Virus record (IMG/VR): IMGVR_UViG_3300025137_005412
Span: 1 to 64,000 of that record
Direction: 5' to 3' (one strand)
DNA length: 64,000 nt
From: a virus
The translations under genes and the position numbers were made by a program. Positions 1 through 10,324 of this stretch are shown here, piece after piece (the stretch's first letter is position 1; each line of letters begins with the position of its first letter). The notes beneath the pieces were generated by a model. It had not been told where the DNA came from. It saw only the letters and a list, made by a program, of their open reading frames with translations, and ran no database searches.

Positions 1-86
1 AAGTCAAAGAAGCTGCTGAAAAAGTCGAAGAAGTCGACAGATCCAAACTAAAAATTTACGAAGATTTTCTATCAAAAACGTTCTAA
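1..86 (+). CDS. 3' end of a gene, possibly the prohead protease gp21 C-terminus (partial)
   Basis: Frame 3 reads VKEAAEKVEEVDRSKLKIYEDFLSKTF*; resembles the KLxxFxxFL tail of T4-like gp21. Confidence 0.35.
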   Translation, partial: VKEAAEKVEEVDRSKLKIYEDFLSKTF

Positions 87-104
87 TGTGGTATAATCTA
101 CCTA

Positions 105-971
105 ATGAAGGTAAGTTTATTTACAGCGTACGGTGCTCTTAATTCTCCGCCAATATTCGATGCTCTTGCTAAAGGGATTACTGAGTCTGGCGACACTGTT
201 GTTTACAATGACAGGGATGCTGATGTTGCTGTTATTTGGAGTATTCTTTTCGCTGGCAGAATGGAGCCTAACAAAGACGTCTATGCTGATTTCAAAGCTA
301 GAGGAAAACCAGTCGTTGTCATCGAGGTCGGACAACTAAGAAGAGGCATTACCTGGAGATTAGGTATCAATGCAGTCAATAATTCAGGAATATTTCCAAA
401 ACCACCACACGAAAATACTAAAAGATGGGATAAGTTCAATATACCATTAAAGCCTTGGCGTGAATCTGGTATGTTTGATTATGTAGTTATAGCTACACAA
501 AGACAAGATAGTATGCAATGGCATGGATTACCACCAACTGAAAAATGGGTAGTGCAATGGATTGATGCTATAAAAAGATATTCAAAAAGACCTATTGTTG
601 TAAGACCACATCCAAGAGATTACCTTACTGATTTAACTTATGTAAGTTATAAACATCCAGACACATTAATATCTACACCTAAATCTATAAACGATAAAGA
701 CAGAATGGATTTTCCAGCACTGTTAGAAAGAACACATTTAGTTATTAATTGGTCTTCAGGACCAGCAGTAGAATCTATTATAAATGGTGTACCGGTTCTT
801 GTGAGTGAAGATTCATTTGCACACAGTGTCAGTACAGATTCAATAACACAAATCGATAATCCAAGTAAACCAGACAGAAAATATTGGTGTGAAAAAATGG
901 CATACACTGAATGGTACGAGGAAGAACTAGCGGAAGGAGAACCATGGAGATTACTGAAAGAACATCTTTAA
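105..971 (+). CDS. KpsS/capsule-synthesis-like glycosyltransferase (paralog 1)
   Basis: VVRPHP and NWSSGPAVESIINGVP motifs; GTGGTATAAT -10 box just upstream. Confidence 0.6.
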   Translation: MKVSLFTAYGALNSPPIFDALAKGITESGDTVVYNDRDADVAVIWSILFAGRMEPNKDVYADFKARGKPVVVIEVGQLRRGITWRLGINAVNNSGIFPKPPHENTKRWDKFNIPLKPWRESGMFDYVVIATQRQDSMQWHGLPPTEKWVVQWIDAIKRYSKRPIVVRPHPRDYLTDLTYVSYKHPDTLISTPKSINDKDRMDFPALLERTHLVINWSSGPAVESIINGVPVLVSEDSFAHSVSTDSITQIDNPSKPDRKYWCEKMAYTEWYEEELAEGEPWRLLKEHL

Positions 972-1750
972 TACAACCACGTCCATCACCAAAGATGGAT
1001 AGAATATTTGCTGCACTACAGGAAGGTTGGCCTAAAGCTAACATAAATGATGGTATGGCAAAACAATATGTTCTATGGGGATTGATAGGTGAAAATCCTA
1101 GAATAATGCAATCAGATCCATACATATTTTGTGATATGCCTTATAACGGTAGATACAATCCAAAAAATGAAGATTGGGATAATACATTTTGGAGATGGTG
1201 TTTTAATAGTTTACATGATCATAGAAGATTAAATGTACCTGCAGATAGATTTTTAGCATGGGAAAATTATGAAGTAAAACCATGGGATACAAGTGGTGAA
1301 CATATATTAATATGTCCATCTTCACAGACAATGACACACTACATGACTGGTAAGACAGTTGAACAATGGGTACAAGAAGTAGTTGACTATGTATCAGAAC
1401 AAACAAACAGACCTATAAAATTAAGATTAAAACCAAGACGTAATGGTACATCTGGACCAGCAGCTCGGCCAAAAAGAAGTATTGAAGAAGATTTAGAGAA
1501 CGCTTATTGTGTTATTACTGAAGGTTCATTAACATCAATTGATGCATTGAAAGCCGGTGTACCTGTAATATCTACTAACAAAAAGTTTGCACCATCTGCT
1601 TGGTGTAGCAACTCTTTACATCAAATAAATAATATAAAACTATATGATAGAGAACAGCTATTTTATAATCTAGCTTATAAACAATACTCTATTAAAGAAA
1701 TGCGCGAAGGAATTTGTTATGAAAATAGTAAGCTATACCTCGTCAATTAA
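944..1750 (+). CDS. KpsS-like glycosyltransferase (paralog 2)
   Basis: KPW...ILICP, RLKP, SLTSIDALKAGVP, LAYKQYS pattern shared with neighbours; AAGGAG RBS favours ATG at 944 over 911. Confidence 0.55.
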   Translation: MEITERTSLIQPRPSPKMDRIFAALQEGWPKANINDGMAKQYVLWGLIGENPRIMQSDPYIFCDMPYNGRYNPKNEDWDNTFWRWCFNSLHDHRRLNVPADRFLAWENYEVKPWDTSGEHILICPSSQTMTHYMTGKTVEQWVQEVVDYVSEQTNRPIKLRLKPRRNGTSGPAARPKRSIEEDLENAYCVITEGSLTSIDALKAGVPVISTNKKFAPSAWCSNSLHQINNIKLYDREQLFYNLAYKQYSIKEMREGICYENSKLYLVN

Positions 1751-2693
1751 AGCGAGTAAGAGGCTAAACGCCCACAATCCAATCACATCCGCCTTAGATG
1801 CAATAGTGTCTGCTGCAAATAATTCTAAAGGTGAATTTGTAGCATATAAACATGAAGGTACTAATACAGTAGGAGGTGATGTAGGATTTTGTTTTGGTTC
1901 ATATACACAGAGAAAACTTGAAGTTGAAAGAGCGGTATTAATTAGAAATATTGAAGCTGCAAAACAACCATGCTTTTTTCTAGATTCAGCAGCATTCTCA
2001 ACACACATTAGAAACTCACTTAATAGTAGTGAAACATTTATGTTTAGGCTTGGTCTTAATTCATGTACTGGTGAAGGTGTATTTTGGAATAGACCATTAC
2101 CATCTGAAAGATATGATGCTATGAAAAAGCAATTTAACTTTACAGAAAAGGATCCACAAAATAATGTCACAGGACCAATTGTATTTCTTGCACAAACAGA
2201 AACAGGTTGGCAGTTTGATGATTTAGAACCATACTATAAGTTTGCTAATAAGACACTTAAAGAGATAAGAGAACATACAGATAGAAAAATTATCTATAGA
2301 ACACATCCAAAATTAGATCCAAGATCACCATTAGAAAAATGTATTGAAGGTATTGAAAATCTTGAAGTACATAATTGTCCAGTATCAAGACGAACACTAT
2401 TTGAATCATTAGACGGTGCTTATGCCGTCGTAACTCACAGCTCATCAGGTGCACTAGAAGCGGTGCTTGAAGGATTACCTACATTTGCAATGAGTCCAAG
2501 AACATTTGGTTCTCCAATGTATCTTACAGACATAAGTAAAATAGGAAATGCATTCCATGAATTCGCTTGGAATGAAAGACAACAATGGCTATATAACCTT
2601 GCGTATACATCTTGGAGTGTAGAAGAACTGAAAACTATTGAGGTTCTAAGGTATTATACTAATATGCTCAAAGGAATAGAAAATGAAAAATAA
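1719..2693 (+). CDS. KpsS-like glycosyltransferase (paralog 3)
   Basis: [32 protein letters not shown] motifs. Confidence 0.6.
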   Translation: MKIVSYTSSIKASKRLNAHNPITSALDAIVSAANNSKGEFVAYKHEGTNTVGGDVGFCFGSYTQRKLEVERAVLIRNIEAAKQPCFFLDSAAFSTHIRNSLNSSETFMFRLGLNSCTGEGVFWNRPLPSERYDAMKKQFNFTEKDPQNNVTGPIVFLAQTETGWQFDDLEPYYKFANKTLKEIREHTDRKIIYRTHPKLDPRSPLEKCIEGIENLEVHNCPVSRRTLFESLDGAYAVVTHSSSGALEAVLEGLPTFAMSPRTFGSPMYLTDISKIGNAFHEFAWNERQQWLYNLAYTSWSVEELKTIEVLRYYTNMLKGIENEK

Positions 2694-3708
2694 GAAGGCA
2701 ATTATTACGGGTATTACTGGACAGGATGGTCCATATCTTGCTGATCTTTTATTAGAAAATGGTTATGAAGTTCATGCTATTAGAAGAAGAGGTGCAACAG
2801 ATAATACTACAAGAATTAAACACATATTAGACCATGAAAATTTTTGGCTACACTATGGTGATCTTACTGATTCATCAAGTTTAGTTAAGATTGTGAATAT
2901 GGTTCAACCAGATGAAATTTATAACTTAGGTGCAATGTCACATGTAAGAATATCTTTTGATATTCCTGAATACACTGGAGATACTGGTGGTTTAGGCGTG
3001 ACTAGAATGCTTGAAGCTATACGATCAGCTGGTTTAGAAAAGACATGTAAATTTTATCAAGCATCAACATCTGAGCTATACGGAAAAGTAGTTGAAACAC
3101 CACAAACTGAAACAACACCATTTTGGCCAAGATCGCCTTATGGTGTTGCTAAGTTATATGCTTATTGGATTGTAAGAAACTATAGAGAATCGTATGGTAT
3201 GTTTGCAGCTAATGGTATCTTATTCAATCATGAATCACCTAAACGAGGTGATGATTTTGTGACACAAAAGATTGTTAAAGGTGCAGTAGATATATCTTAT
3301 GGTGATCAAAAGAAACTTACGCTTGGTAATTTAGATGCACAAAGAGATTGGGGACATGCAAAAGATTATGTAAAAGGTATGTGGTTAATGATGCAACAAG
3401 ATAAACCTGAAGATTATGTATTAGCTACTGGCGAAATACATTCAGTTAGAGAATGTTGTGAGTATGTATTTAAAAAATTAGGAATGCCATTAAGATGGGT
3501 AGGCAAAGGTATCGAAGAAAAAGGATACTCAGGCGATAAACTTATGATTGATTGTAGTGAAGAATTCTATAGACCAGCTGAAGTACAATTACTACATGGT
3601 GATTCTACAAAGGCTCAAGAAGAATTAGGTTGGGAATTTGAACACGATTTTTATTCACTTATGAATGATATGATTGATTCAGCATTAATGAAACATTTAG
3701 TAAAATGA
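2683..3708 (+). CDS. gmd: GDP-mannose 4,6-dehydratase
   Basis: [44 protein letters not shown]. Confidence 0.97.
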   Translation: MKNKKAIITGITGQDGPYLADLLLENGYEVHAIRRRGATDNTTRIKHILDHENFWLHYGDLTDSSSLVKIVNMVQPDEIYNLGAMSHVRISFDIPEYTGDTGGLGVTRMLEAIRSAGLEKTCKFYQASTSELYGKVVETPQTETTPFWPRSPYGVAKLYAYWIVRNYRESYGMFAANGILFNHESPKRGDDFVTQKIVKGAVDISYGDQKKLTLGNLDAQRDWGHAKDYVKGMWLMMQQDKPEDYVLATGEIHSVRECCEYVFKKLGMPLRWVGKGIEEKGYSGDKLMIDCSEEFYRPAEVQLLHGDSTKAQEELGWEFEHDFYSLMNDMIDSALMKHLVK

Positions 3709-4892
3709 CAATAAAATATCCTTTAAGCTGCGATACTTGGAATAACCAAGAAATCGGAGCAATCAATAGAGTTATGAGAAATGGCCGTTATACTATGGGT
3801 CCAGAAGTTGTTAAGTTTGAAGAAGAGTTTGCTGGATATATGGGTGTAAACCATGCAAGAATGGTAAACAGTGGTTCATCAGCAAATTTACTTATGATTG
3901 CTTCAGCAATATTCTCACCTGAATATGATTTAAAAGCTGGTGATAAAGTTATTGTACCATCAGTATCTTGGTCAACTACATATTATCCATTACAACAGTA
4001 TGGTTTAGAACTTGTATTTGTAGATGTAGATCTATACACTCTTAATTTATGTCCTACAAAGACTGCTCAGGCACTCGAGGAAATTGAAGGTATCAAGGCA
4101 ATATTAACTGTAAACTTACTTGGTAATCCATCACAGATTGATGAATTAAAAGACCTAGCAGACAACTATAGTATACTTTTATTTGAAGATAATTGCGAAT
4201 CATTTGGTTCAAGTTTTGAAGGTAAAATGATGGGTACTTATGGTTCTATGGGTACACATTCATTCTTCTTTAGTCATCATCTTCAAACTATGGAAGGTGG
4301 TATGATACTTACTAATTCTGAAGAGACTGCTCAATACATTGACTCTCTTAGAGCTCATGGATGGTTAAGAACTTTACCTGATAAGAATTTTATTCATGAT
4401 AAAACAGGTGATCCATTTGAAGATAGCTTTAGATTTGTATTACCAGGTTATAGTGTAAGACCACTTGAAATGAGTGGTGCTATTGGTCAAGTACAACTTG
4501 CTAAATGGCCTGAAATGATGAAGCAAAGAGTAAAGAATGCTGAGTATTTTAAATGGAAGTTTGAAACTTTACCTATCATCATACAAAAAGAAATTGGTAT
4601 ATCATCGTGGTTTGGATTCTCATGTATAGTACCACATATAATTGGTAGAAAAAAATTCACAGATGCATTACAAGAAGGTGGTGTAGAGATCAGACCGATT
4701 GTAGCAGGTAATTTTTTAAGAAATCCAGTTATGAAACATATTGACCATCAGATAAGTGGTACTATGGAAAATGCAGATACTATTCATGATCAAGGATTCT
4801 TTTTAGGAAATGATTCAGAAGATATTAGAGAAAAAATAGATCATGCTTATAATATTATCAATGCAGTAATTCTTGACGGAGGTATGGAATGA
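3705..4892 (+). CDS. colD: PLP-dependent DegT-family enzyme, ColD-type GDP-4-keto-6-deoxymannose 3-dehydratase
   Basis: [28 protein letters not shown] (His instead of Schiff-base Lys); follows gmd. Confidence 0.8.
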   Translation: MTIKYPLSCDTWNNQEIGAINRVMRNGRYTMGPEVVKFEEEFAGYMGVNHARMVNSGSSANLLMIASAIFSPEYDLKAGDKVIVPSVSWSTTYYPLQQYGLELVFVDVDLYTLNLCPTKTAQALEEIEGIKAILTVNLLGNPSQIDELKDLADNYSILLFEDNCESFGSSFEGKMMGTYGSMGTHSFFFSHHLQTMEGGMILTNSEETAQYIDSLRAHGWLRTLPDKNFIHDKTGDPFEDSFRFVLPGYSVRPLEMSGAIGQVQLAKWPEMMKQRVKNAEYFKWKFETLPIIIQKEIGISSWFGFSCIVPHIIGRKKFTDALQEGGVEIRPIVAGNFLRNPVMKHIDHQISGTMENADTIHDQGFFLGNDSEDIREKIDHAYNIINAVILDGGME

Positions 4893-5647
4893 GTAAATAT
4901 TCAGTAGTAATGACATTAGGTCCACACAATTGGAAACAATATGGTTCTAAATCTGTAGAAGCTTTTGACAAATATTGGCCTAAAGATATTAATCTATATG
5001 TTTATTTTGAAGGTACACCACCAGACTTTTCTTCTGAAAGAGTACATTTCTTAGATTACAATGCAGAAATACCAGAACATAAAAAATTCATGGAAAGAAA
5101 TAAAGACAGGCATCCACACGTTAATGATGTGCATGTAAATAACATCACACACCAGGCAAGTAAATTTGCTTTTAAAGTATATGCACAATTACAAGAATTA
5201 GATTCACCAAAAACTAGATATGTAATTTATCTTGATGGTGATAACGTGACTATGAAAGATATAAAAGAGGATCTATTAGCAAAATTAGTAAATGATGAAG
5301 TATACTTATCTTTTGTAAACAGAATGCCTGCAAAATATACTGAAACAAGTATTATGATATGGGATACAGAGAACGAATACCACGCAGAATGGTGTAAGAC
5401 ATATCGATCTATGTATGATGATGATAATATATTTCAATATCCAGCTTGGCACGATTGTATTGCATTTGACGAGACAACATTTCCCATGATTAAAGCAAAG
5501 AAAATTAAAGCAATTGACTTAGGCTTTGGTGCACCATCTAAACATCCACTCGTTGTTGGACCATTAGGTGAATACTTTGACCATTTAAAAGGTCCATCAA
5601 GAAAACAATTAGGTTATTCTAAGGAAAGAAAGCATGCAGGATTTTAA
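4889..5647 (+). CDS. GT-A-fold glycosyltransferase
   Basis: KFAFKVYA, YLDGD (DxD), WHDC, DHLKG. Confidence 0.65.
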   Translation: MSKYSVVMTLGPHNWKQYGSKSVEAFDKYWPKDINLYVYFEGTPPDFSSERVHFLDYNAEIPEHKKFMERNKDRHPHVNDVHVNNITHQASKFAFKVYAQLQELDSPKTRYVIYLDGDNVTMKDIKEDLLAKLVNDEVYLSFVNRMPAKYTETSIMIWDTENEYHAEWCKTYRSMYDDDNIFQYPAWHDCIAFDETTFPMIKAKKIKAIDLGFGAPSKHPLVVGPLGEYFDHLKGPSRKQLGYSKERKHAGF

Positions 5648-6302
5648 AGTCTTTATTGGTTATGATTCAAGAGAAGATATAGCTTATCAGGTTTGTAGGC
5701 ATTCTATACTTAAACATAATCCCGATGTAGAAGTAGTACCACTTAAATTACATGAATTAAGAGAACAAGGTTTTTATACTAGAGCTGATGATAAGAAAGG
5801 TTCTACAGAATTTACTATTTCAAGATTCTTATGTCCAGCACTCATGAATTATCATGGATATGCTTTATTTATGGATTGTGATATGATAGTTCAAGCAGAT
5901 GTAAAACATATATTTAAAGAAGCATGTGGTGAGTTTGATTTATCTTGTGTACAGCATGATTATAATCCAAAAAGCATGACAAAGATGGATGGTAAGATGC
6001 AACATGCATATCCAAGAAAAAACTGGTCAAGTGTTATGTTGTTTAATAATGAAAAATGTACAGATCTTACACCAGAATTAGTAAATACAGAAACACCACT
6101 TTATCTACATAGAATGTTATGGGCAGAAAAAGTTGGTAAATTAAATCATAAATGGAATCATCTAATTGGTTATTATGAAAAACCAGAAGATGCTTTGATT
6201 GTACATTATACAGATGGTGGTCCATGGTTTGAGAACTATAGAAACTGTGAATATGCCGATGTATGGAAACAACATGTAAAAGAATGGTTAGAACTTGATT
6301 AA
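5634..6302 (+). CDS. GT8-like glycosyltransferase
   Basis: FIGYDSRE, STEFTISRF, FMDCD, YPRKNWSS, HYTDGGPWF. Confidence 0.8.
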   Translation: MQDFKVFIGYDSREDIAYQVCRHSILKHNPDVEVVPLKLHELREQGFYTRADDKKGSTEFTISRFLCPALMNYHGYALFMDCDMIVQADVKHIFKEACGEFDLSCVQHDYNPKSMTKMDGKMQHAYPRKNWSSVMLFNNEKCTDLTPELVNTETPLYLHRMLWAEKVGKLNHKWNHLIGYYEKPEDALIVHYTDGGPWFENYRNCEYADVWKQHVKEWLELD

Positions 6303-6996
6303 TGTAGTTTGCGTAAATTGGGGTACTAAGTATCCTAAATCATATACAGAACGATTGTACAATATGGTCAAGCGTAATACAACACGTGACTTTAATTTCT
6401 ATGTGTTAACAGATCAACACATTTATAAAGAACCAATAAAGACAATTGAACTAAAATCTGGTATGACCGGTTGGTGGAATAAACTTCAGATGTTTGATAG
6501 AGAAGTAATGCCAGAAGGTGAGTATCTATACTTTGATTTAGATGTAGTAATAGTAGATAATATTGATTGCTTCTTTGATTCACCAAAGTTTGGTATACTA
6601 AGAGATTTTATTAGACCTGATGATGGTTTACTTCCTGGTAAAGAGTATAATTCATCAATATTAAGGTTCAATAATTTTGAATATTCCTCAATCTATGAGT
6701 ATTATCTATCTAATAAGCAGGTATTTCATGGTATGCAAAAACAAATTAACTTCTTTGGTGATCAAAATGTTATCAGTAGTTATTTTAATGCTTATCCCGA
6801 TTACGTTAAGCCATTCCCAGATGAATGGTCATGGTCTTATAAAAAAGGAGTTGTACGAGGTGCCACTGCAGGAGATCGAAGTGAAATGTTTGGAAGAAAA
6901 ATTCCTGATGGCGGGAAGATCTGTGTATTCCACGGAGAACCTAATCCTGAACAGGTGCTGGACAAACATGATTGGATAAAGGAGAACTATAAATGA
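6295..6996 (+). CDS. GT8-like glycosyltransferase
   Basis: WGTKY, GWWNKL, YFDLD, NSS, GDQ, FHGEPNP. Confidence 0.75.
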   Translation: MINVVCVNWGTKYPKSYTERLYNMVKRNTTRDFNFYVLTDQHIYKEPIKTIELKSGMTGWWNKLQMFDREVMPEGEYLYFDLDVVIVDNIDCFFDSPKFGILRDFIRPDDGLLPGKEYNSSILRFNNFEYSSIYEYYLSNKQVFHGMQKQINFFGDQNVISSYFNAYPDYVKPFPDEWSWSYKKGVVRGATAGDRSEMFGRKIPDGGKICVFHGEPNPEQVLDKHDWIKENYK

Positions 6997-7199
6997 ACCA
7001 ATTAAATGAAGAGATGGTGCAAGCCTTAGCACTTAAATTTGAAGGTCTTAAACAAGCACACATTGTAAATGTTAAAACGCTTTTACATAATGGTGTAGGT
7101 GTAGCTGAGCATCCTGATAGTGTATTAACTGTTGAAGGTGAAATTGCAAAGGTTGCAGAATATGATGATAAGCTTGAAGCACTTAAAAAATATTTCTAA
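6993..7199 (+). CDS. small conserved T4-like phage hypothetical protein
   Basis: GVAEHPD...YDDKL pattern; coupled to neighbours. Confidence 0.6.
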   Translation: MNQLNEEMVQALALKFEGLKQAHIVNVKTLLHNGVGVAEHPDSVLTVEGEIAKVAEYDDKLEALKKYF

Positions 7200-8053
7200 T
7201 GGCATTTGAAAATAAAAAGATTTGTATAACGGGTCACACTAAAGGTGTTGGCAAGGCTATTAAAGATAGGCTTGAAGCTAATCACTATACAGTTGTTGGT
7301 GGTTCAAGATCTAATGGTGTAAATGTAGGTAAAGCTAAATCAGTAATTAATTGGGTACTTTCTGAAAACCCTGATATCTTTATTAATAATGTATATTGGC
7401 CTGATTCACAAGCAAAGATTTGTTATCAACTTTATAATAAATGGCAAAGTGAAAAGAAACATATTATCAATATGAGTTCTACTAGCGGTATGGCTCATAC
7501 TAATTTTAGTGAAATGGCAAATAGTGATATCACTAGATCATTTTATAACGAGTTCTGGGGACCATACGTATCAGAAAAAAATAGATTAGAATTTATTAGT
7601 AAACAATTAGCTCATAAATTTAGTAGAAGATTTCCATGTAAGGTCACAGCTTTAATGCCTGGATTTGTAGATACTAATGCAGTTGCTTTATTCAAACCAG
7701 TATTTACACCTGAAAGTTTCTTAACTGCTGAAGAAGTTGCTCAACAAGTTCATTGGCTTATTGAACAACCTGATCATATTCAAGTTCAATCATTAGCTTT
7801 TGGTACATACTTTGAAATATCACAAGCAGCAGCAAGACAAAGATTAAAAGACTTTGATAATATGGTAGAGAATCAACAAAACAATGCTTATGGCCTTGAT
7901 GAAGAAGCAGTTGAAGCGGGTAAAGAAGGTAGAGGAGCATTAAAGAAACTTATTAATGAAAGAATCTATAAGACTACAGCAGAAGCAAGTAGAAAAGTGA
8001 AAGATTCAGTTGAACAATTAAGTCAGGAGTCATTCGATGGCAAAGACGAATAG
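7199..8053 (+). CDS. short-chain dehydrogenase/reductase
   Basis: ITGHTKGVG, DIFINN, IINMSS, YVSEK (YxxxK), PGFVDT. Confidence 0.85.
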   Translation: MAFENKKICITGHTKGVGKAIKDRLEANHYTVVGGSRSNGVNVGKAKSVINWVLSENPDIFINNVYWPDSQAKICYQLYNKWQSEKKHIINMSSTSGMAHTNFSEMANSDITRSFYNEFWGPYVSEKNRLEFISKQLAHKFSRRFPCKVTALMPGFVDTNAVALFKPVFTPESFLTAEEVAQQVHWLIEQPDHIQVQSLAFGTYFEISQAAARQRLKDFDNMVENQQNNAYGLDEEAVEAGKEGRGALKKLINERIYKTTAEASRKVKDSVEQLSQESFDGKDE

Positions 8054-9281
8054 ATTAGCCGTAACTGGTGTTGCTATTGCAGATTGTATGGGCGATGATG
8101 GTATTGAAAATAATTTCAATAGATATATGGCAAATGATACATCTCATCCGATGGATATTGAGAATATCAAACAATCAATTACTGAAAAAGGTTTACTAAG
8201 AAAAGCACTTACTAAATATTATGATAGATCATCAATGGCTATTATTGATCTTGTTGATAAAGCTATTAATATGGCAGACTTAGATGTCAAGTCAGATACT
8301 GAAGCACCTATCATGACTGGTACAACAAGAGGTCCTATTACTTCTACACTTGAATACTTTAAACAATATTGGTTTGAGAAATGGAAAGAAGAATTTGAAA
8401 CAGATCCAACAAAGAAACAAGAAATCTATGCAGGTCTAATTAAAAAGTTTCAAAGAATGAATCCATATTTTCTTTTAAATGTAAATGTAGATTTTATTCA
8501 AACACAATTAAGTGCTCATTACGGTATCAATGGTCCAGTATTTCAATCAGCAGCAACATGTAGTAGTGGTATTTACCTATTAGATATTGCTAAGGCTTAT
8601 TTAGATAGAGGTAATAAGTATGCTATTCTTACCGGTTATGAACAACTTGATGCTCATGAATTAACAAGATGGTTCTTTATGTCATTAGGTGCAGCAGCTC
8701 CTAGCGGTGTTTGTAGACCATTTGATAATAATAGAGACGGTACAGTATTAAAGAATTCGTATGCAGCTATGATTGTAGAACGAGAAGATGAAGCTAAGAA
8801 AAGAGGTGCAACAATCTTAGCTTATGTTGAAGATGTAAGAAATAGAAATGATGCCGGTCATGCATTAGCACCAGCTGAAGATGGTAAAGCATATCGCATT
8901 GCATTGGAATCCTTAATGAAAGACAAAGACATTACGTATGATGATATTGATTACGTAAATGCGCACGCCACAGGTACTCCAAAAGGTGATGAGATAGAAC
9001 TTAATACACTTAAAGATTATCTTAAAAAAGATACAGTAGTTTCTGCATTGAAAGGTCATATTGGCCACGCTATGGGTGCGTGTTCTTTAGCAGAAATGAC
9101 ATATACTATTATGATGATGAATAAAGGTATTGCTTTACATACGGCACATTTAACCGATCCATGTGATGATTACTTTAATCTTATTACAGAACCAAAAGAA
9201 ATGGAAATTAAGTATGCACTTAAGAATAGTTTTGGTTTTGGTGGTAGATCTTCCGTGGCATTACTATCGAAAGCAGATTAA
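8037..9281 (+). CDS. fabF: beta-ketoacyl-ACP synthase (FabF/KAS II-like)
   Basis: ATCSSG (catalytic Cys), CRPFD, NAHATGTPKGD, KGHIGHAMGA, KNSFGFGG. Confidence 0.85.
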   Translation: MAKTNRLAVTGVAIADCMGDDGIENNFNRYMANDTSHPMDIENIKQSITEKGLLRKALTKYYDRSSMAIIDLVDKAINMADLDVKSDTEAPIMTGTTRGPITSTLEYFKQYWFEKWKEEFETDPTKKQEIYAGLIKKFQRMNPYFLLNVNVDFIQTQLSAHYGINGPVFQSAATCSSGIYLLDIAKAYLDRGNKYAILTGYEQLDAHELTRWFFMSLGAAAPSGVCRPFDNNRDGTVLKNSYAAMIVEREDEAKKRGATILAYVEDVRNRNDAGHALAPAEDGKAYRIALESLMKDKDITYDDIDYVNAHATGTPKGDEIELNTLKDYLKKDTVVSALKGHIGHAMGACSLAEMTYTIMMMNKGIALHTAHLTDPCDDYFNLITEPKEMEIKYALKNSFGFGGRSSVALLSKAD

Positions 9282-10324
9282 TGGAACTTATAAAACACGA
9301 TCATTATGCAGAATTAAAGGTTGATTCACCTGATAATGATAAAGATATAATTGAATTAGGTCTAGCATGTAGAGAATACTTGTTAGACCACCAAGTTTTA
9401 GTACTTAAAAAACAGAATGTTGATTCAGTATACTATTCTAAGTTGTGTCATTCAATAGCAAAGAGTGGTATATACAATTGGAGACAATGTTCATGGACTC
9501 CTGATGGTGAGTTATTTAGTATGGGTGAACAACTCATGGCAAATGTGGGTTATACATCAAAAGAAGCTTCTAATATAGAGATGCCTAAATCAGGTCCATT
9601 AAATCAAATAAAACCTACATCATCATTACAAGATAAGAATCATGAATATTTAGATCCATTTGAATTTAAAGAATTTAACTCATATCCAGTACAACGAGTG
9701 ACTGGTGAACAGAAAGGAAAATACGGTGGTGGTATATTTGGTACTGGCGACTTGGATTGGCATTGCAATCTTGGAGGTTATCACGAGGCTGATGGCGTAG
9801 CGCTACAAGGAATTAAAGATGTGGAAGGTGCTTCAACCTTCTTTGCAAATAGTGTACCTGCTTTAAGAGATATGCCTGATAATTTATTAGGTCAAATACA
9901 AGATAGAAAAGCACACTTCAAATTTGATCATAAGAAATGGTCAGACGTAAAGAAGATGCATCCCATGCAGAGAATTACTATGCAACTCTTATATCTTAAT
10001 AATAAGAGAGCAGAAATGGATTTGTATATCATACAAGAAAATCTAAAGAAGATTAAAGGTATATACTTTCATAGACTTAACAATATGGATATTGATGGAG
10101 ATGATGGTACATTAGTAAAGGCTTTATATGACCACATGTTTCAAGAACAATATGTATATGAACACGAGTGGGAAGTTGGAGATATAGTTCTAATGGACCA
10201 ATTAATTACACAACATAAAAGAGAATTTGTAGAACCAACTCTCTTAGAGAAAAGAGTACTACACAGACTTACATTTATGTTGAACAACGATGATGACTAT
10301 GTCTACAATTATAACAACACTTGA
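9281..10324 (+). CDS. TauD/TfdA-like Fe(II)/2OG dioxygenase (H-x-N variant)
   Basis: LDWHCN, TFFAN, HEWEVGDIVLMDQLITQHKR, RVLHR. Confidence 0.8.
   Translation: MELIKHDHYAELKVDSPDNDKDIIELGLACREYLLDHQVLVLKKQNVDSVYYSKLCHSIAKSGIYNWRQCSWTPDGELFSMGEQLMANVGYTSKEASNIEMPKSGPLNQIKPTSSLQDKNHEYLDPFEFKEFNSYPVQRVTGEQKGKYGGGIFGTGDLDWHCNLGGYHEADGVALQGIKDVEGASTFFANSVPALRDMPDNLLGQIQDRKAHFKFDHKKWSDVKKMHPMQRITMQLLYLNNKRAEMDLYIIQENLKKIKGIYFHRLNNMDIDGDDGTLVKALYDHMFQEQYVYEHEWEVGDIVLMDQLITQHKREFVEPTLLEKRVLHRLTFMLNNDDDYVYNYNNT

Noticed and set aside
6993-7199. Acyl carrier protein for the FabF cassette (small, acidic, contains PDSV)
   Set aside because: Lacks GxDSL context and matches a common T4-like GxxEHPD hypothetical pattern
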